Shown in pieces: positions 24,501 to 36,339 of a stretch of 64,000 nucleotides of DNA. A program made the position numbers and the translations under genes. The first letter of the stretch is position 1. Each line of letters begins with the position of its first letter. The notes beneath the pieces are model-generated. The model saw only the letters and a list, made by a program, of their open reading frames with translations, was not told the DNA's origin and ran no database searches. The stretch is from Magallana gigas (taxonomy: Eukaryota). Location of the stretch: NCBI RefSeq assembly GCF_963853765.1, contig NC_088856.1, forward strand, positions 3,348,001-3,412,000, in the 5' to 3' direction.

Positions 24501-27500
24501 CGCTTCTTTTCCTAATGTTGAGTACATTATTAAACATGATTATATTGCTGATATATGTAGACTGAGTAAATATATCATCATGTTTATAACATTATTACAC
24601 ATGAACACACTGATGATAGATATAAATTAGTGTGCTTATTATCCTTATGTTGATTACATTATTACACATGATAATATTGCTGATAGAGATGGATGAGTGT
24701 GTCTCTTATCCTTGTGTTTATAACATTATTACACATGATTACACTGATGATAGAGATGGATGAGTGTGTCTCTTATCCTTGTGTTTATATAAACAATAAA
24801 ATGCTTTCTTTGGTGATTCATTCGGGATATGAAGGTACCGACATTGCAGGAAAAATACATAACCTGCATTAGCGGGTTATGTAAATTTTTCCTGCAATGA
24901 TCGCTACCTTCATAACCCGCATGAATCATCAAAGAAAGCATTTTATTGTTTATATTAACATCTTTCTTTAACTAATTAATAAACTGATTATGAAAAGTTA
25001 GTAAAATTCACTAAATTACTAGTAATGTACAAATTTAAAGTATGCTAGCTAAAAGAAACAGCCAAATCGTCTCCTGTGAGACTTTGAGTCTGGCATCGTC
25101 ATGATTATTTCGTGCAGGCCGGGATTTTACTGAGGTTGCTTTAGGTTCAGACTAATCGATAAACAGGGCGCGTCAATTTCACTCCTGTCACTTTCAGCCG
25201 CTGTAGATTTCGACCAATCGAGAAATAAAGCGTGTAGATTTCAGTCTGGCTGTTTCTATAGAGCTATGAATTAACTATAAGTTTCCGTAAGAAATAGAGG
25301 AAATTATGCTTGGTAGATGTAAATATAACATTATTACACAATGACACTGCCTGATAGATACGGATGAGTGTGTCTCTTATCCTTGTGTTTATAACATTAT
25401 TACACAATGACACTGCCTGATAGATACGGATGAGTGTGTCTCTTATCCTTGTGTCTATAACATTATTACATGATTACACTGCCTGATAGATACGGATGAG
25501 TGTGCAGCTGATTTGGACACCTGTACGGAGAGACAGCGCTGTGAGAACACGGTCGGATCCTTTGTTTGTCGCAGGATCCTTGGATGTGGGACGGGATACT
25601 CCATGGTAGAAGAGACTCAAACTTGTAGAGGTAGGCAGTATTAGACTTTGTACTCTCATAAATTTTTGCCTTTTTAAAACAATATACTGAATTTCAGAAG
25701 AGACACACATTCAAAGAGATAGATAGTAGAAAGCTTTACACTCTCATTGCCCAATTCAAATGAAATTCTGAATTTCAGAAGAATCAATTACAAACTGGTA
25801 GATGTAGATGACAGAAGTGCAATGATCTCCCATGGCTCTATTTTTTTTAAAACTATTACATACACTAGAGCCAAAATGAAATACACATACATGTATATTA
25901 TTATGTGTATTTTTATTGTAATATTCATAAAACAAATTGAACTTCATGCAAGGATGTGTGGGTGGAGATAAGATTTGATGGACTGATATTGCTGATTTCA
26001 GATATTGATGAGTGTGCCCTGGGGACTCATAACTGTCCCAATGGCTACGAGTGTCTGAACATCGAGGGCTCATTCAGGTGTAGACAGCCCGCCTGTCAGC
26101 GAGGGACTCGGTTCTCAGGGGCCACCGGGCGGTGTGAGCCCATCAATTGTCCTCGAGGGAGGGAGGCAGACTCACTAGGAATGTGTGTGGGTGTGTACCT
26201 CTACTGAAGTATCCACAGTATTCATAACCATCCTTACTACTTGATTTATTGTTCCATAAACTGATTACAAAGATTTTTTATTTTTTTTTAATGAGTGTAT
26301 ACTTGTTATTCCCATGAATAACCAGGTTAACTTTGATTAGTATTCTAATAGGTAAATTTTATTTTGATTTAAAATGATATTTTTATGTAAATGAATCAAC
26401 TGTCCAATGTCATTTGTTCAGAAGAATTAATATTTAATCACTGACAACAAAAATTTATGCATAGTTTATTTTGTTACCATATTTTGGAAGAAAAGTAATT
26501 TTTGTTACTTCATAGCACATACATACATTTTTATGAGATAACATAAGGGTGTCCTCTTTTTGATTCTGTACACAGATATAGACGAATGTAAACAGTCAGG
26601 GGTCTGTCTCCCCACGGAGCGCTGTATCAACACCTACGGCTCGTACCGCTGTATCCGTGACACTTCCTGTCCCGTGGGTCACCAGGTCAACCCCCTCACC
26701 AAGGCCTGTGAAGGTGATTACATTGATCCATTGTTTTCCTTATTATTATTTCAGACATTGATGAGTGTGCTCAAGTGTATAAACTCAATAATACACCTGT
26801 CTAATCATTTGTTTTCTTTATAAATGAATTGGATTTTTTCGACATTAAAGAGTGCGCTCAAAATGTACACACCTGTCGAATCCTTTGTTTCCTTTATGAA
26901 TGAGTTGTGATTTTAATTTCAGACATTGATGAGTGCGCTCGAGGTGTACACACCTGTGAGAGTGACCAGGAGTGTGTTAACACGGCAGGGAGCTTTGGAT
27001 GTACCTGTGGGGCGGGGTACCGTCGAGACTCCCAGGGCAACTGTGAAGGTGAAAAAAAAAGATTTCTTTTTCATATTTAATGTGCAGCAAATTACACGTA
27101 TAACAGTAATATCTCAGGGGTTATCAATGTAATCAATCATTTCTCAACAAACCAATAAATGTAAACTAACAGACCGTAAAATTATTCCACCACTTTTTTT
27201 TTTTTGCAGTTTATCAGCTTTTGCATAGAATAATTTTGTAATTAAGTCTATTTTTATTACAGGTAATTAAAACCAATTTTAGTAACTTAACTTAGATATT
27301 CACAATAAATTTTCTCGCGTGGGAATAAAAGTTGGTTTACAGTATCAGGAAGAAAAACACCAAAAAAGGTTTTATATGTTTGTATACAAATTCGAGGGCA
27401 TTAAATATTTTGCAGAGACATTTTCATGATTGCTTTAATGTCCTTCTAATTAACCTCTACACAAATGTTGAAAACAAATTTTGCTGTAACAACTTTTATG

Positions 27501-30500
27501 TTATAAAGTAAAACTCGGTTATCGCAAAGTCCTAAGGACCAATGGATTTACTTCGTTATATCCGTAATTTGTTATATCTGTATAACAAATTCATAATAAT
27601 AACAATAGCAAATTCACTATATACATGTTTTCTTTCACCAGACTATAATTAATTCACCTGAGCTGAAAGCTCCATTGAGCTATTCTGATCACATTTTGTC
27701 TGTCTGTCTGTAAATTTTTCACATTTTCAACATCTTCTCAAGAACCAATGGGCCTATTTCAACCAAACTTGGCACAAAGCATCCCTAGCCTAAGGGGATT
27801 TAAAGTTGTGAAAATTAAGGATCAAGCCCTCTTACAAGGGATGATAATAAGGAATTAATTCATATTTTCATAATTTTCAAAAATATTGTTCTCAACATTT
27901 GGCCAGGAAAGCTGAAACTTGTGTGGAAGCATCCTCAGATAGTGTAGATCCAAAGTTGTGAAAATCATGACCCCCGGGGGTAGGATGGGGCCACAATGGG
28001 GGGTTGACTTTTTACAAAGGAATTTATAGAGTAAATCTTTAAAAGATCTTCTTCTCAATACCTGTTAGGCCAGGAAAGCTGAAACTTGTGTGGAAGCATT
28101 CTCAGGTAGTGTAGATTTAAAGTAGTGAAAATCATGACCCCTGGGGGTAGGGTGGGGCCACAATGGAGGTTCGAATTTTTACATACTGGTATATATATAG
28201 TAAATCTTTAAAAATCTTCTAAGAAACAGTTTGGCCAGGAAAGGTGAAACTTATGTGGAAGCATCCTCAGGTGGTGCAGATTAAAAGTTATGAAAATCAT
28301 GACCCTTGGGGGGTAGGGTGGGGCCACAATGGGGAGGGTCAATTTTTAACAAAGGAAAATATAGAGTAAATCTTTAAAAATCTTCTTCTCAAGAACTATT
28401 TGGCCAGAAAAGGCGAAACTTCTGTGGAAGCATCCTATGGTAGTGTAGATTCAGAGTTGTGAAAATCATGACTCCCAAGATAAGGTGGGGCTACAATGGG
28501 GGTGGGTTGATTTTTTAAATAGGAATATATAGAGTAAATCTTTAAAAATCTTTTAAGAAAGCATTTGGCCAGGAAAGCTAAAACTTGTGTGGAAGCATCC
28601 CGAGTTAGTGAAGATTCAAAGTTGTAAAAATCATGACCCCTGGGGGTAGGGTGGGGCCACGATGGGGAAGGGTCAACTTTTTACATCGGAATGTATAGAG
28701 TAAATCTTTAAAGGTATAACATTTATGTTCTTCTCAGAAACTATTAAGCCAGGAAAGCTGAAATTTGTTTGGAAGCATCCTCAGGTAGTGTAGATTCAAA
28801 GATGTGAAAATCATGATTCATTGAGGGCAGAGTGGGGCCACAATGGGGTGGAATTTTTACATAGAAATATTAAGAGTAAATCTATAAAAATCTTCTTCTC
28901 CGAAATTAATCAGCTAGGTGATTATTTGATATTGTTTAGATTTTGGCTTCTGTATGATTTCTGGACGATTGGGTCTCACAAGGGGTTCAGGGTATGATGT
29001 AGGTTTATATCCCATATATAAACAATTGTTTAGGATCTTTTTAAGAGCTGCAATTCTCAACATGTGATATTACTATAAAAGATGATTTTATAGTTAGAAA
29101 AGGGATTAATGATAAAAAACATAAAAATATCCAATGGAAAAAATTGATATTTATTTATACAGGATCTGCATGTATTATACTACATTGTCCAGATAGTTTG
29201 TAATATGACTCCATTAAGCTGATTTTATCATGCCTATTTTTCCTCAGGTGAGCGATGTGGCCCATGTACCTCTTATTTTTGCTTATTGAGGCTTAAACTA
29301 AACATACATTACTTTGATACCTTTAATAATTGGATTGTGAATTAAAAAAAACATGAAAATAAATTCATTCAAACTATTATGTTAAATAATAATGCAAACT
29401 TTTTAAAATGTGAAGAAATTCATTATAAAAGTGTTAAATTTCATTATTATTCACCACTACTGGACTTAAAATCAGTTTGCTATATCTGTAAATTTGTTAT
29501 ATCCAAATTCGTAATCACCATAAACTTTTGCAAAGATTTGTTAAGTATTTTACTGGGGACTCAAAAAAAATTCACTATATCCGAGAATTGGCTACACCAG
29601 TGTTCATACTAAACAAGTTTTACTGTATTTGTTTCAGATATCAATGAGTGCTCTTATGGCAACATTTGTCCTTATAATGGAGTCTGTGAAAATACACCAG
29701 GAAGTTACAAATGTAACTGTAATGCTGGCACTGAACAAAAGGGAAGCTCCTGTGTAGGTATGTTATACCTGTAATGCTAGCACTGAACAAAAGGGGAGCT
29801 CCTATGTAGGTATGTTATACCTGTAATGCTGGCACTGAACAAAAGGGGAGCTCCTGTGTAGGTATGTTTACCTGTAATGCTAGCACTGAACAAAAGAGAA
29901 GCTCCTGTGTAGGTATGTTTACCTGTAATGCTAGCACTGAACAGAAGGGGAGCTCCTGTGAAGGTATGTTATACCTGTAATGCTAGCACTGAACAAAAGG
30001 GGAGCTCCTGTGTAGGTATGTTTACCTGTAATGCTGGCACTGAACAGAAGGGGAGCTCCTGTGTAGGTATGTTTACCTGTAATGCTGGCACTGAACAAAA
30101 GGGGAGCTCCTGTGTAGGTATGTTTACCTGTAATGCTAGCACTGAACAAAAGGGGAGCTCCTGTGTAGGTATGTTTACCTGTAATGCTGGCACTGAACAA
30201 AAGGGGAGCTCCTGTGTAGGTATGTTATACCTGTAATGCTGGCACTGAACAAAAGGGGAGCTCCTGTGTAGGTATGTTATACCTGTAATGCTGGCACTGA
30301 ACAAAAGGGAAGCTCCTATGTAGGTATGTTTACCTGTAATGCTGGCACTGAACAAAAGGGAGCTCCTATGTAGGTATGTAGTAACTCTAATGCTGTTTAT
30401 GAGCAAAATTTGACCTTTATCTTTTAGATATTGATGAGTGTAAGGATAGGAACCGATGTGAACACAGCTGTGTGAATGTGGTGGGATCCTACGAATGTAC

Positions 30501-33141
30501 CTGTAGACCAGGCTACCAGCTTAACCCAGATAAACGCACCTGTTCAGGTTAGCGGTCCGATTTCACATCCAATCATTTCACGCAAAACTCACATGAGGTG
30601 AATAGAGTAATTATACCCCTGCTCCGAAGGACAAGGGGGTGTACTGTTTTACCCTTGTGTGTCTGTCTGCCCTTCTTTCTAACTGTCTGTCCATAACAGA
30701 AATTTCTGTTGTATTTTTCTCAGCAACTATTTATTACAGATGCTTGAAATTTTAATACACTATTTGTTAAGGCATGCCATATCGTGGGATATTCACCAGT
30801 CGGATGTCAACTTCCTGTTAAATGACAACTTTGTTTATTTTTAGCCTAAATTTTCAAACAAATTTTCTTCAAAGATTTCTCAACAACTATTTATCACAGA
30901 TGCTTGAAATTTTTACACACTATTTGTTAAGGCATGCCAAAACGTGGGATTTATTTCTGTACCAATCATATGCCAAGTTCCTGTCAAATGTTGACTTTGC
31001 TTATTTTGCATATTCACATCAGAGATGGGGTATTACTAGTGAGTATTGGCTCACAGATATCTTGTTTTGTAATGTTTAGCAAAAGTTTTCCTCGTAAAAT
31101 TCATAGGAAAATTTCATGTGAATTTCCTGCAAATGTTCTTTTCACATGTATATTTGTGGCAAAATTATTTGTTAACCTATGGTAACCTGTATCTTTTATA
31201 AAGGCATTGATGATTGCCAGTTGTATTCCGTAAAAATGATAATGATGATCTTATTTAGGTGGTACCTTGTCTCATTGAGCTCTGTAATCTTTGATTACCT
31301 GGGTACCTATGTTTTACAACTCTGTAATCTTTGATTACCTGGGTAACTATGTTTTACAACTCGGTAATCTTTGATTACCTGGGTACCAATGTTTTATAGC
31401 TCTGTAATCTTTGATTACCTGGGTACCTATGTTTTACAACTCTGTAATCTTTGATTACTTGAGTACCAATGTTTTAGCTATGAAATCTTTAATTACCTGG
31501 GTAACTATGTTTTTCATCTCTGTAATCTTTGATTACCTGGGTACTAATGTTTTACAGCTCTGTGATCTTTCATTACCTGGGTACCTATGTTTTACAGCTA
31601 TGAAATCTTTGATTACCTGAGTACCAATGTTTTAGCTATGAAATCTTTAATTACCTGGGTATTAATGTTTTACAACTCTGTAATCTTTGATTACCTCAGT
31701 ACCTATGTTTTACAGCTCTGTAATCTTTGATTACCTGGGTATTAATGTTTTACAACTCTGTAATCTTTGATTACCTCAGTACCTATGTTTTACAGCTCTG
31801 TGATCTTTGATTACCTGAGTACCAATGTTTTAGCTATGAAATCTTTGATTACCTGAGTACCAATGTTTTAGCTATGAAATCTTTAATTACCTGAGTACCT
31901 ATGTTTTACAGCTCTGTGATCTTTCATTACCTGGGTACCTATGTTTTACAGACATTGATGAGTGTCAGTCCTACTCCCTGCGAGGCCGAGTGTGTGGAGG
32001 GGCCTGTATCAACACCCCAGGCTCCTATATGTGTACCTGTCCCAACGGATGGAGGACACTTGGAGGGGGAAGGTCGTGTCAAGGTGAGTAACCAAGGTTG
32101 TACAAAATATATGTCTTGACAATGTGTAAAAACATTCAGAGTTTCAGTAGATGCCGTAAAATCAACTTTTAAGGTAACATTTCTTGTACTTCTTGTATAG
32201 TTTAAACCCATATTATACCAAAGTTCTGTTGTTATAAAAACTTGTGGAATAAGATTTTATTTTTGCCAAAACATAGCTCTCATACTTTTATGTTTTAAAC
32301 ACAACTAACTCTGTACATAAGTAGTATGTTAATATGTTGTTTTGTTACCTTGCGGATATCTACAGATATTGATGAGTGTGCTGAGGGAACCTATCGCTGC
32401 ACGGCTCCCGAGTCCATCTGCTTCAACACACGAGGCAGCTACAAATGTCCTCAAGTAACCTGTCCCCCGGGCTTTGTCAGGACCCCCATGGGCTCTCGCA
32501 GAAACAGGTTTTGTGTTTCTGTTGCTTAAGTCTTTTTTTTTTTTTTAAAAAGGGCTTGCTACGTTTCAAAGATAGAAAGTCCTAAATGAAATATCACACT
32601 CACAAATGTAATGATCCATGTACCGATATTAGGAACTGCACACATTTAACTACCACATTGGATGTTGGGTTTATTTGTAAATGATATATACATATATAAT
32701 CATCATGATCTATGAATTTATATCTGTTTCAGTGTGAGATGTAAGCGGACTTCATTCACCTGCCAGAGAGGAGATGTAGAGTGTTTGACTGCTCCTATCT
32801 CTCTCTCCTACAACTTTCTCTCATTCCCATCCAATATAAAGATCCCAACAGATCTGTTTGCCATGTCTGGGCCTCTGACATCCCAGAAACAGTTTGCCTG
32901 GGATCTGAAGGTCATTGATGCACGACCCCTAAAATCTGGAGTCATGGCAGTGAATAGGGGATACTTTGACCTCAAAGTTGAGAACTCTGCCCAAGCTGTG
33001 GTGTCCTTGAATTATCGGATCCAGGGGCCCCAGGACGTGGAGCTGGAACTGACCATGCAGATTACAGACCTCAGGTCTCGCTACACAGGGACGGCGGTCT
33101 CCAAAATATTCCTGTACGTGACTGGGGACAGTGTGGTATAG
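18516..33141 (+). CDS. FBLN: Fibulin-1/2-like secreted ECM protein, about 814 aa: signal peptide, 3 anaphylatoxin-like modules, cbEGF array, fibulin C-terminal domain. Exons 18516-18588, 21142-21398, 21766-21904, 22569-22721, 23021-23137, 23820-24008, 25490-25630, 26002-26190, 26576-26713, 26923-27048, 29638-29757, 30428-30547, 31952-32083, 32366-32507, 32733-33141
   Basis: [25 protein letters not shown] is a signal peptide. It is followed by CC-containing anaphylatoxin repeats (ETCC...KVCC...ECCNCC...SECC), phase-1 cbEGF exons starting D(I/T)(D/N)EC, and a C-terminal fibulin module ([15 protein letters not shown]...[12 protein letters not shown]...SKIFLYVT). Exon lengths sum to 2445 nt. Confidence 0.94.
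19904..20267 (+). mobile_element. Dispersed non-autonomous element with a ~165-bp near-perfect hairpin head and a ~200-bp tail; class unassigned
   Basis: TAAGGAATGAATTTAATTTCTACCTATGTTATAC...AAACCACT pairs with AGTGGTTT...GTATAACATAGGTAGAAATTAAATTTATTCCTTA. The tail GACGTCAAGCGGATT...GCCAATCAAA...CAGAATTAAATAATT is shared with copies at 55097-55382 (-) and 60998-61850 (+). Confidence 0.72.
20445..21141 (+). repeat. 39-bp minisatellite (ATGACTTGTGTTGAGGTGCCGTTATTCTGTGTATTATCA, about 17-18 copies) ending at the fibulin exon 2 acceptor
   Basis: The last unit merges into TTTTTCTGTGTAG|GTGCTG at 21141. The distal units are more degenerate. Confidence 0.95.
21896..22450 (+). repeat. 31-bp minisatellite (CACTCAACA|GTGAGTACCAAATATCTCAAAG, about 17 copies) copying the fibulin exon 3 end and donor
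   Basis: The first unit overlaps the last 9 nt of exon 21766-21904 and its GTGAGT donor. Units decay with distance into the intron. Confidence 0.94.
23366..23587 (+). repeat. 37-bp mid-intron minisatellite (GTGGACTCGTGGCCAGATTAAGACTCTATCAATCTCT, 6 copies)
   Basis: Near-identical units are directly visible and do not touch a splice site. Confidence 0.92.
24220..25505 (+). repeat. ~66-bp repeat copying the acceptor and first codons (GATAG|ATACGGATGAGTG) of fibulin exon 7, degenerate distally and interrupted by a mobile element
   Basis: Near-identical pseudo-acceptors lie at 25357 and 25423, spaced 66 bp from each other and from the real AG at 25489. Older copies lie at about 24290-24780 (e.g. 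GCTGATAG|AGATGGATGAGTGTGTC). Confidence 0.88.
24786..25325 (+). mobile_element. ~540-bp element with a ~170-bp hairpin head, inserted into the 66-bp repeat array
   Basis: ATATAAACAATAAAATGCTTTCTTTGGTGATTCA...CATAACC pairs with GGTTATG...TGAATCATCAAAGAAAGCATTTTATTGTTTATAT (24786-24956). The host repeat unit breaks at CTTGTGTTTAT and resumes at ATAACATTATTACAC near 25325. Confidence 0.72.
26740..26960 (+). repeat. Two degenerate ~85-bp copies of the acceptor and 5' end of fibulin exon 10, filling the 209-nt intron
   Basis: TTTCAG|ACATTGATGAGTGTGCTCAAG at about 26748 and TTTTCGACATTAAAGAGTGCGCTC...TACACACCTGTC at about 26836 precede the real TTTCAG|ACATTGATGAGTGCGCTCGAGGTGTACACACCTGTG at 26923. 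Confidence 0.82.
27504..29627. mobile_element. TACAGTAAAAC-type MITE split by a nested Helentron-type element
   Basis: Left end TAAAGTAAAACTCGGTT and right end AAACAAGTTTTACTGTA are imperfect inverted repeats. GTTATATC subterminal motifs occur on both sides of the nested insert. Confidence 0.55.
27652..29278 (+). mobile_element. Non-autonomous Helentron-type (HINE/pearl-like) element carrying about 6 monomers of the ~166-bp oyster Cg170-like satellite
   Basis: It starts TCACCTGAGCTGAAAGCTC, has a (TCTG)n microsatellite, and then GGCCAGGAAAGCTGAAACTTGTGTGGAAGCATCC monomers at about 27901, 28068, 28233, 28402, 28567 and 28747. It ends CTCAGGTGAGCGATGTGGCCCATG...TCTTATTTTT, with subterminal inverted TCACCTGAG/CTCAGGTGA. 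The family name is from recall of oyster repeats, not a search. Confidence 0.82.
29718..30379 (+). repeat. 51/52-bp minisatellite copying the last 40 nt of fibulin exon 11 plus its donor (13 donor copies)
   Basis: The unit is TGTAATGCTGGCACTGAACAAAAGGGGAGCTCCTGTGTAG|GTATGTT(A)TACC. The first donor follows 29757 and the last is at 30374. Confidence 0.96.
30612..31072 (+). mobile_element. Second Helentron/pearl-type non-autonomous element with about 2 internal ~160-bp monomers
   Basis: Head ATACCCCTGCTCCGAAGGACAAGGGGGTGTAC, a GTCT microsatellite, a duplicated CAACTATTTAT...AGATGCTTGAAATTTT...GTTAAGGCATGCCA block (about 30724 and 30884), and a tail GGGGTATTACTAGTGAG...CTCACAGATATCTTGTTTT. Confidence 0.65.
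31280..31951 (+). repeat. ~37-40-bp minisatellite (CTCTGTAATCTTTGATTACCTGGGTACCTATGTTTTACAG, about 17 copies) ending at the fibulin exon 13 acceptor
   Basis: The final unit supplies the real acceptor TTTTACAG|ACATTGATGAG at 31951. Many upstream units keep TTTTACAG, TTTTATAG or TTTTAG. Confidence 0.94.
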
Positions 33142-33769
33142 GCCGGGGGGGTAGGTGTTGTTTATGGGATATTTCTTCTATGTGTGCTGGTATCTGATGT
33201 ATATTGGTGTCTAGCGGAGGGTTCCACACTATGTAAAAGTATCTGATGTTTAGTTATGAAATAAATTATTTAGTGATATTGAAAAAATATTGTATAAAGA
33301 AATAAAAAATTTGGTATCTTTTATAACATCAATATACAAGCCTTTTCCCTGTCTCACTTTCTTAGTGCTTTTTAAAAATACATTGAGTCTGTTATGTGAA
33401 GTGTTCATTTATAAGCATGCATTAGACATGTATATATTGCACATAAACATAATGATTTGTGCAAGAATTAGAATAAAATTTTAAAGTAAACAAAACTGTT
33501 TTTCTTTTTTGCTAAAATGCACACAAGGGGCATTATAATCATTGATGATCAAGACTTTGCTAGTATTGATTCTGACAATTTGTTACCATCAACTAGTATG
33601 GTTCTGCAATGGTTTTCATGTAATGAGGTCACACACAGGTACATTTTACTTACTTACAGGTCATGTTTAATGTATATTCAGTTTTAATGCCAGTTTGCAC
33701 ATTGACTGCTTCAACCTGACACCGATTGTATTACAAAATTTCTCTTTCTAATGAACGTATCCAAAAATA

Positions 33770-34415
33770 CGAGGGTCAATCAAAAAATACGAAGACAATG
33801 TGGCTGTCTATCATATATTTTTCTGAATCATGAAAGTCATACTTAACAGATTAATCTGTGCATCAACACTTATGTTATTGATATGTGAAGTTTTAGTCCA
33901 TTAATTTGATGAATCGGTTTTTTTGTTACCTCTTTTTAAAAACAACACGTTTTGTCACCACGGCGCACGGTAACGTTCAAAACATGACGTCAAGATTAAA
34001 CACGCACAGTTTATGGATATACCCCTTCTTTATATCACGCTTAGTCTCTTGTGCCTTTCTCCTTACAATTTAAAATGGCACTGAACCACTTAACATCTTA
34101 TTTGCACACATTCGTTCGAAAATCGTAATTTAGTTCTTCAAAGATTTTATTTTCTAACCATGTATCTCTTAGTTTACAGTAACAATAACCCTGAACGTCG
34201 GTTGACGTTACTTGTTTTTGGACCAAATATTTAGTACAGATATTCTACTCTCTTTCGGACTGTTTTATATTCAAAACACAATACCACAACCCCAACACAA
34301 TTTTTTTTTACAGTTAAACACAACCTGCAAATAATTGTTGATATTTTTTGCACCATTGAGCATTTTCACAGCTTGTATCGGCTTTTTCCCCCCGAGTTCC
34401 TGAGATTGACCCTTG
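33770..34415. mobile_element. Mariner-type MITE (TA|CGAGGGTCAATC...GATTGACCCTTG|TA) downstream of fibulin
   Basis: 12-bp terminal inverted repeats with one mismatch, TA on both sides, and no ORF. Confidence 0.62.
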
Positions 34416-36339
34416 TACATTCACCATTCAGTTACAGATTACATATTTTGAATTTTTCAATGATTACCCCAACCTTTAAACATCAAGTTCCAAAATGATT
34501 TGTCTCCCTTCATTCAGTTTTGTGGAGATATTCCTCACATCTTGTCACTGTTGTTGTAAATACGTGATATAATGATTGATTTGAAGACAAAGCAGACTAC
34601 ACAAATAACAGTCCAATGTTTTGAATGATAAAGACAAATGTTTAGGATTGGAAAGGTTTATTGATCACATTTCAATTTTTTTGGTACAAAAATATTCACA
34701 TACATGTTTTTCTTTAGATAATTATTTGTAAAGTTCACAGTTTCTGCTAAAACATCCATCCACCTGATGGTAATTCAGGGCAACTAGATGGATGTCTAGC
34801 AATTCTTGCATGGAAAATTTTAACATCAGTACCAGCACTACGCAAAAAACAAATTTAATATCACATATTTCATCAAAATACCTATGTTGTAGTAATAAAC
34901 TGGAATGTGTTGATTTGATATGATTCAAGTATAACACTGTGGAACAAATAAAAGAAATATCTTGTCATCATAAACTTAAATATAGCACAACCTTCTATAA
35001 GCATTTAAATATGTAGGCAATCAAAATATGAACAGGCCTAAAACAAAGCACTGTGACTGTAAAATAAAATGAAACAAACACAACCACAAATGAACTACCA
35101 GTAATGTTTGAGATATTCTAATACCAGTGATAGTGAATATTTTAATACATGTAAAACAAAAACAAACAGTTGTAATTTTGAAAATAAAAATGTAATTACC
35201 AGCCATAGTTTCTAATAAATCTTAGAACTTTACTGTTAGCAGTAAATGTATCTATACTGTTAGCAGCAAAAGTACACTCAATAGAGTGCTGCAGTCTGCC
35301 TTGTTGTTCTCCGATACCAATTATTTCCAAAACCAAAATGTACCCAAGAAAGGATTCTCTCGTGCAACATGTAGCAAAGTACTAGTGTACTTTGTTAATG
35401 TTTTGGGTTTTCTAAAAATCAGATATAGAAGACTGCCAATAAAAATCTCATCGGTTTAATTTGTTCACCCAAGATGACAAAATATTTAAGTCATAAAGAA
35501 AGACATGGATTTCTAATGGGAAAATGAAATATATAGGACCTTACAGTAATTAAAAATTAGAAAGAAATTCTTTTGTACAATCATGCATATGTAAATCTTC
35601 ATAAACATGTTTTTATTATCTTGTATTGATTCAATTACAAAAACATGTACTTAAACATTATAAAATTTCAAAATGGAGATTCACAATTTTTGGAAGCATT
35701 TGCGTACTTGTATTATCAAGACATGATAACTTCTGCAGAATGCCTCTTTCATACAATTGTTGCATGTCAGGAAATTTTTTTTTGGGGGGGGGGGGGGGCT
35801 GAATATCTTGAGTTATATTAAGGGATAACAAAATTTTATCAAAAACTCACCAGCAAGTTTTGAATTATGAAAATCTACCAAAATATAGAACTTTTTCTTG
35901 GGTCAAACTTTGCCAAAATTTCCCAACATTAAAATAACCTGATACACAGTTTTATATGAATAATGAGTATTACATACATGACACATGAGAAAAAAGTAAA
36001 AAATATACAATGTACAATGATATACATCTAGATTGGGGTCTAATGTTTTACAAGTGCATGTCACATCCCATTGATATCAATTACAGTGACAACTGATTTT
36101 TCATATTACAGCCAAATATTCAATCTTCATAAACATCTTTAAAATCGAATAACCCTCAAAATTATACGTACCCTGGTACATGTAATAAAATTATAGTATT
36201 ACATATATATCTGTCAAAATCTTTTAAATACATATTTTTTTTACATGTAGGAAGTAACGTCTACAACTTAAACCTAAACTTTAATTATAATTGATGTTGT
36301 GTTTCTTAAGGAAGTTTGACTTCTCAAGAGTTGTCTGCC

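Noticed and set aside
29928-30406. Several ORFs with [17 protein letters not shown]-type repeats on both strands
   Set aside because: They are readings of the 51/52-bp donor array, not separate genes.
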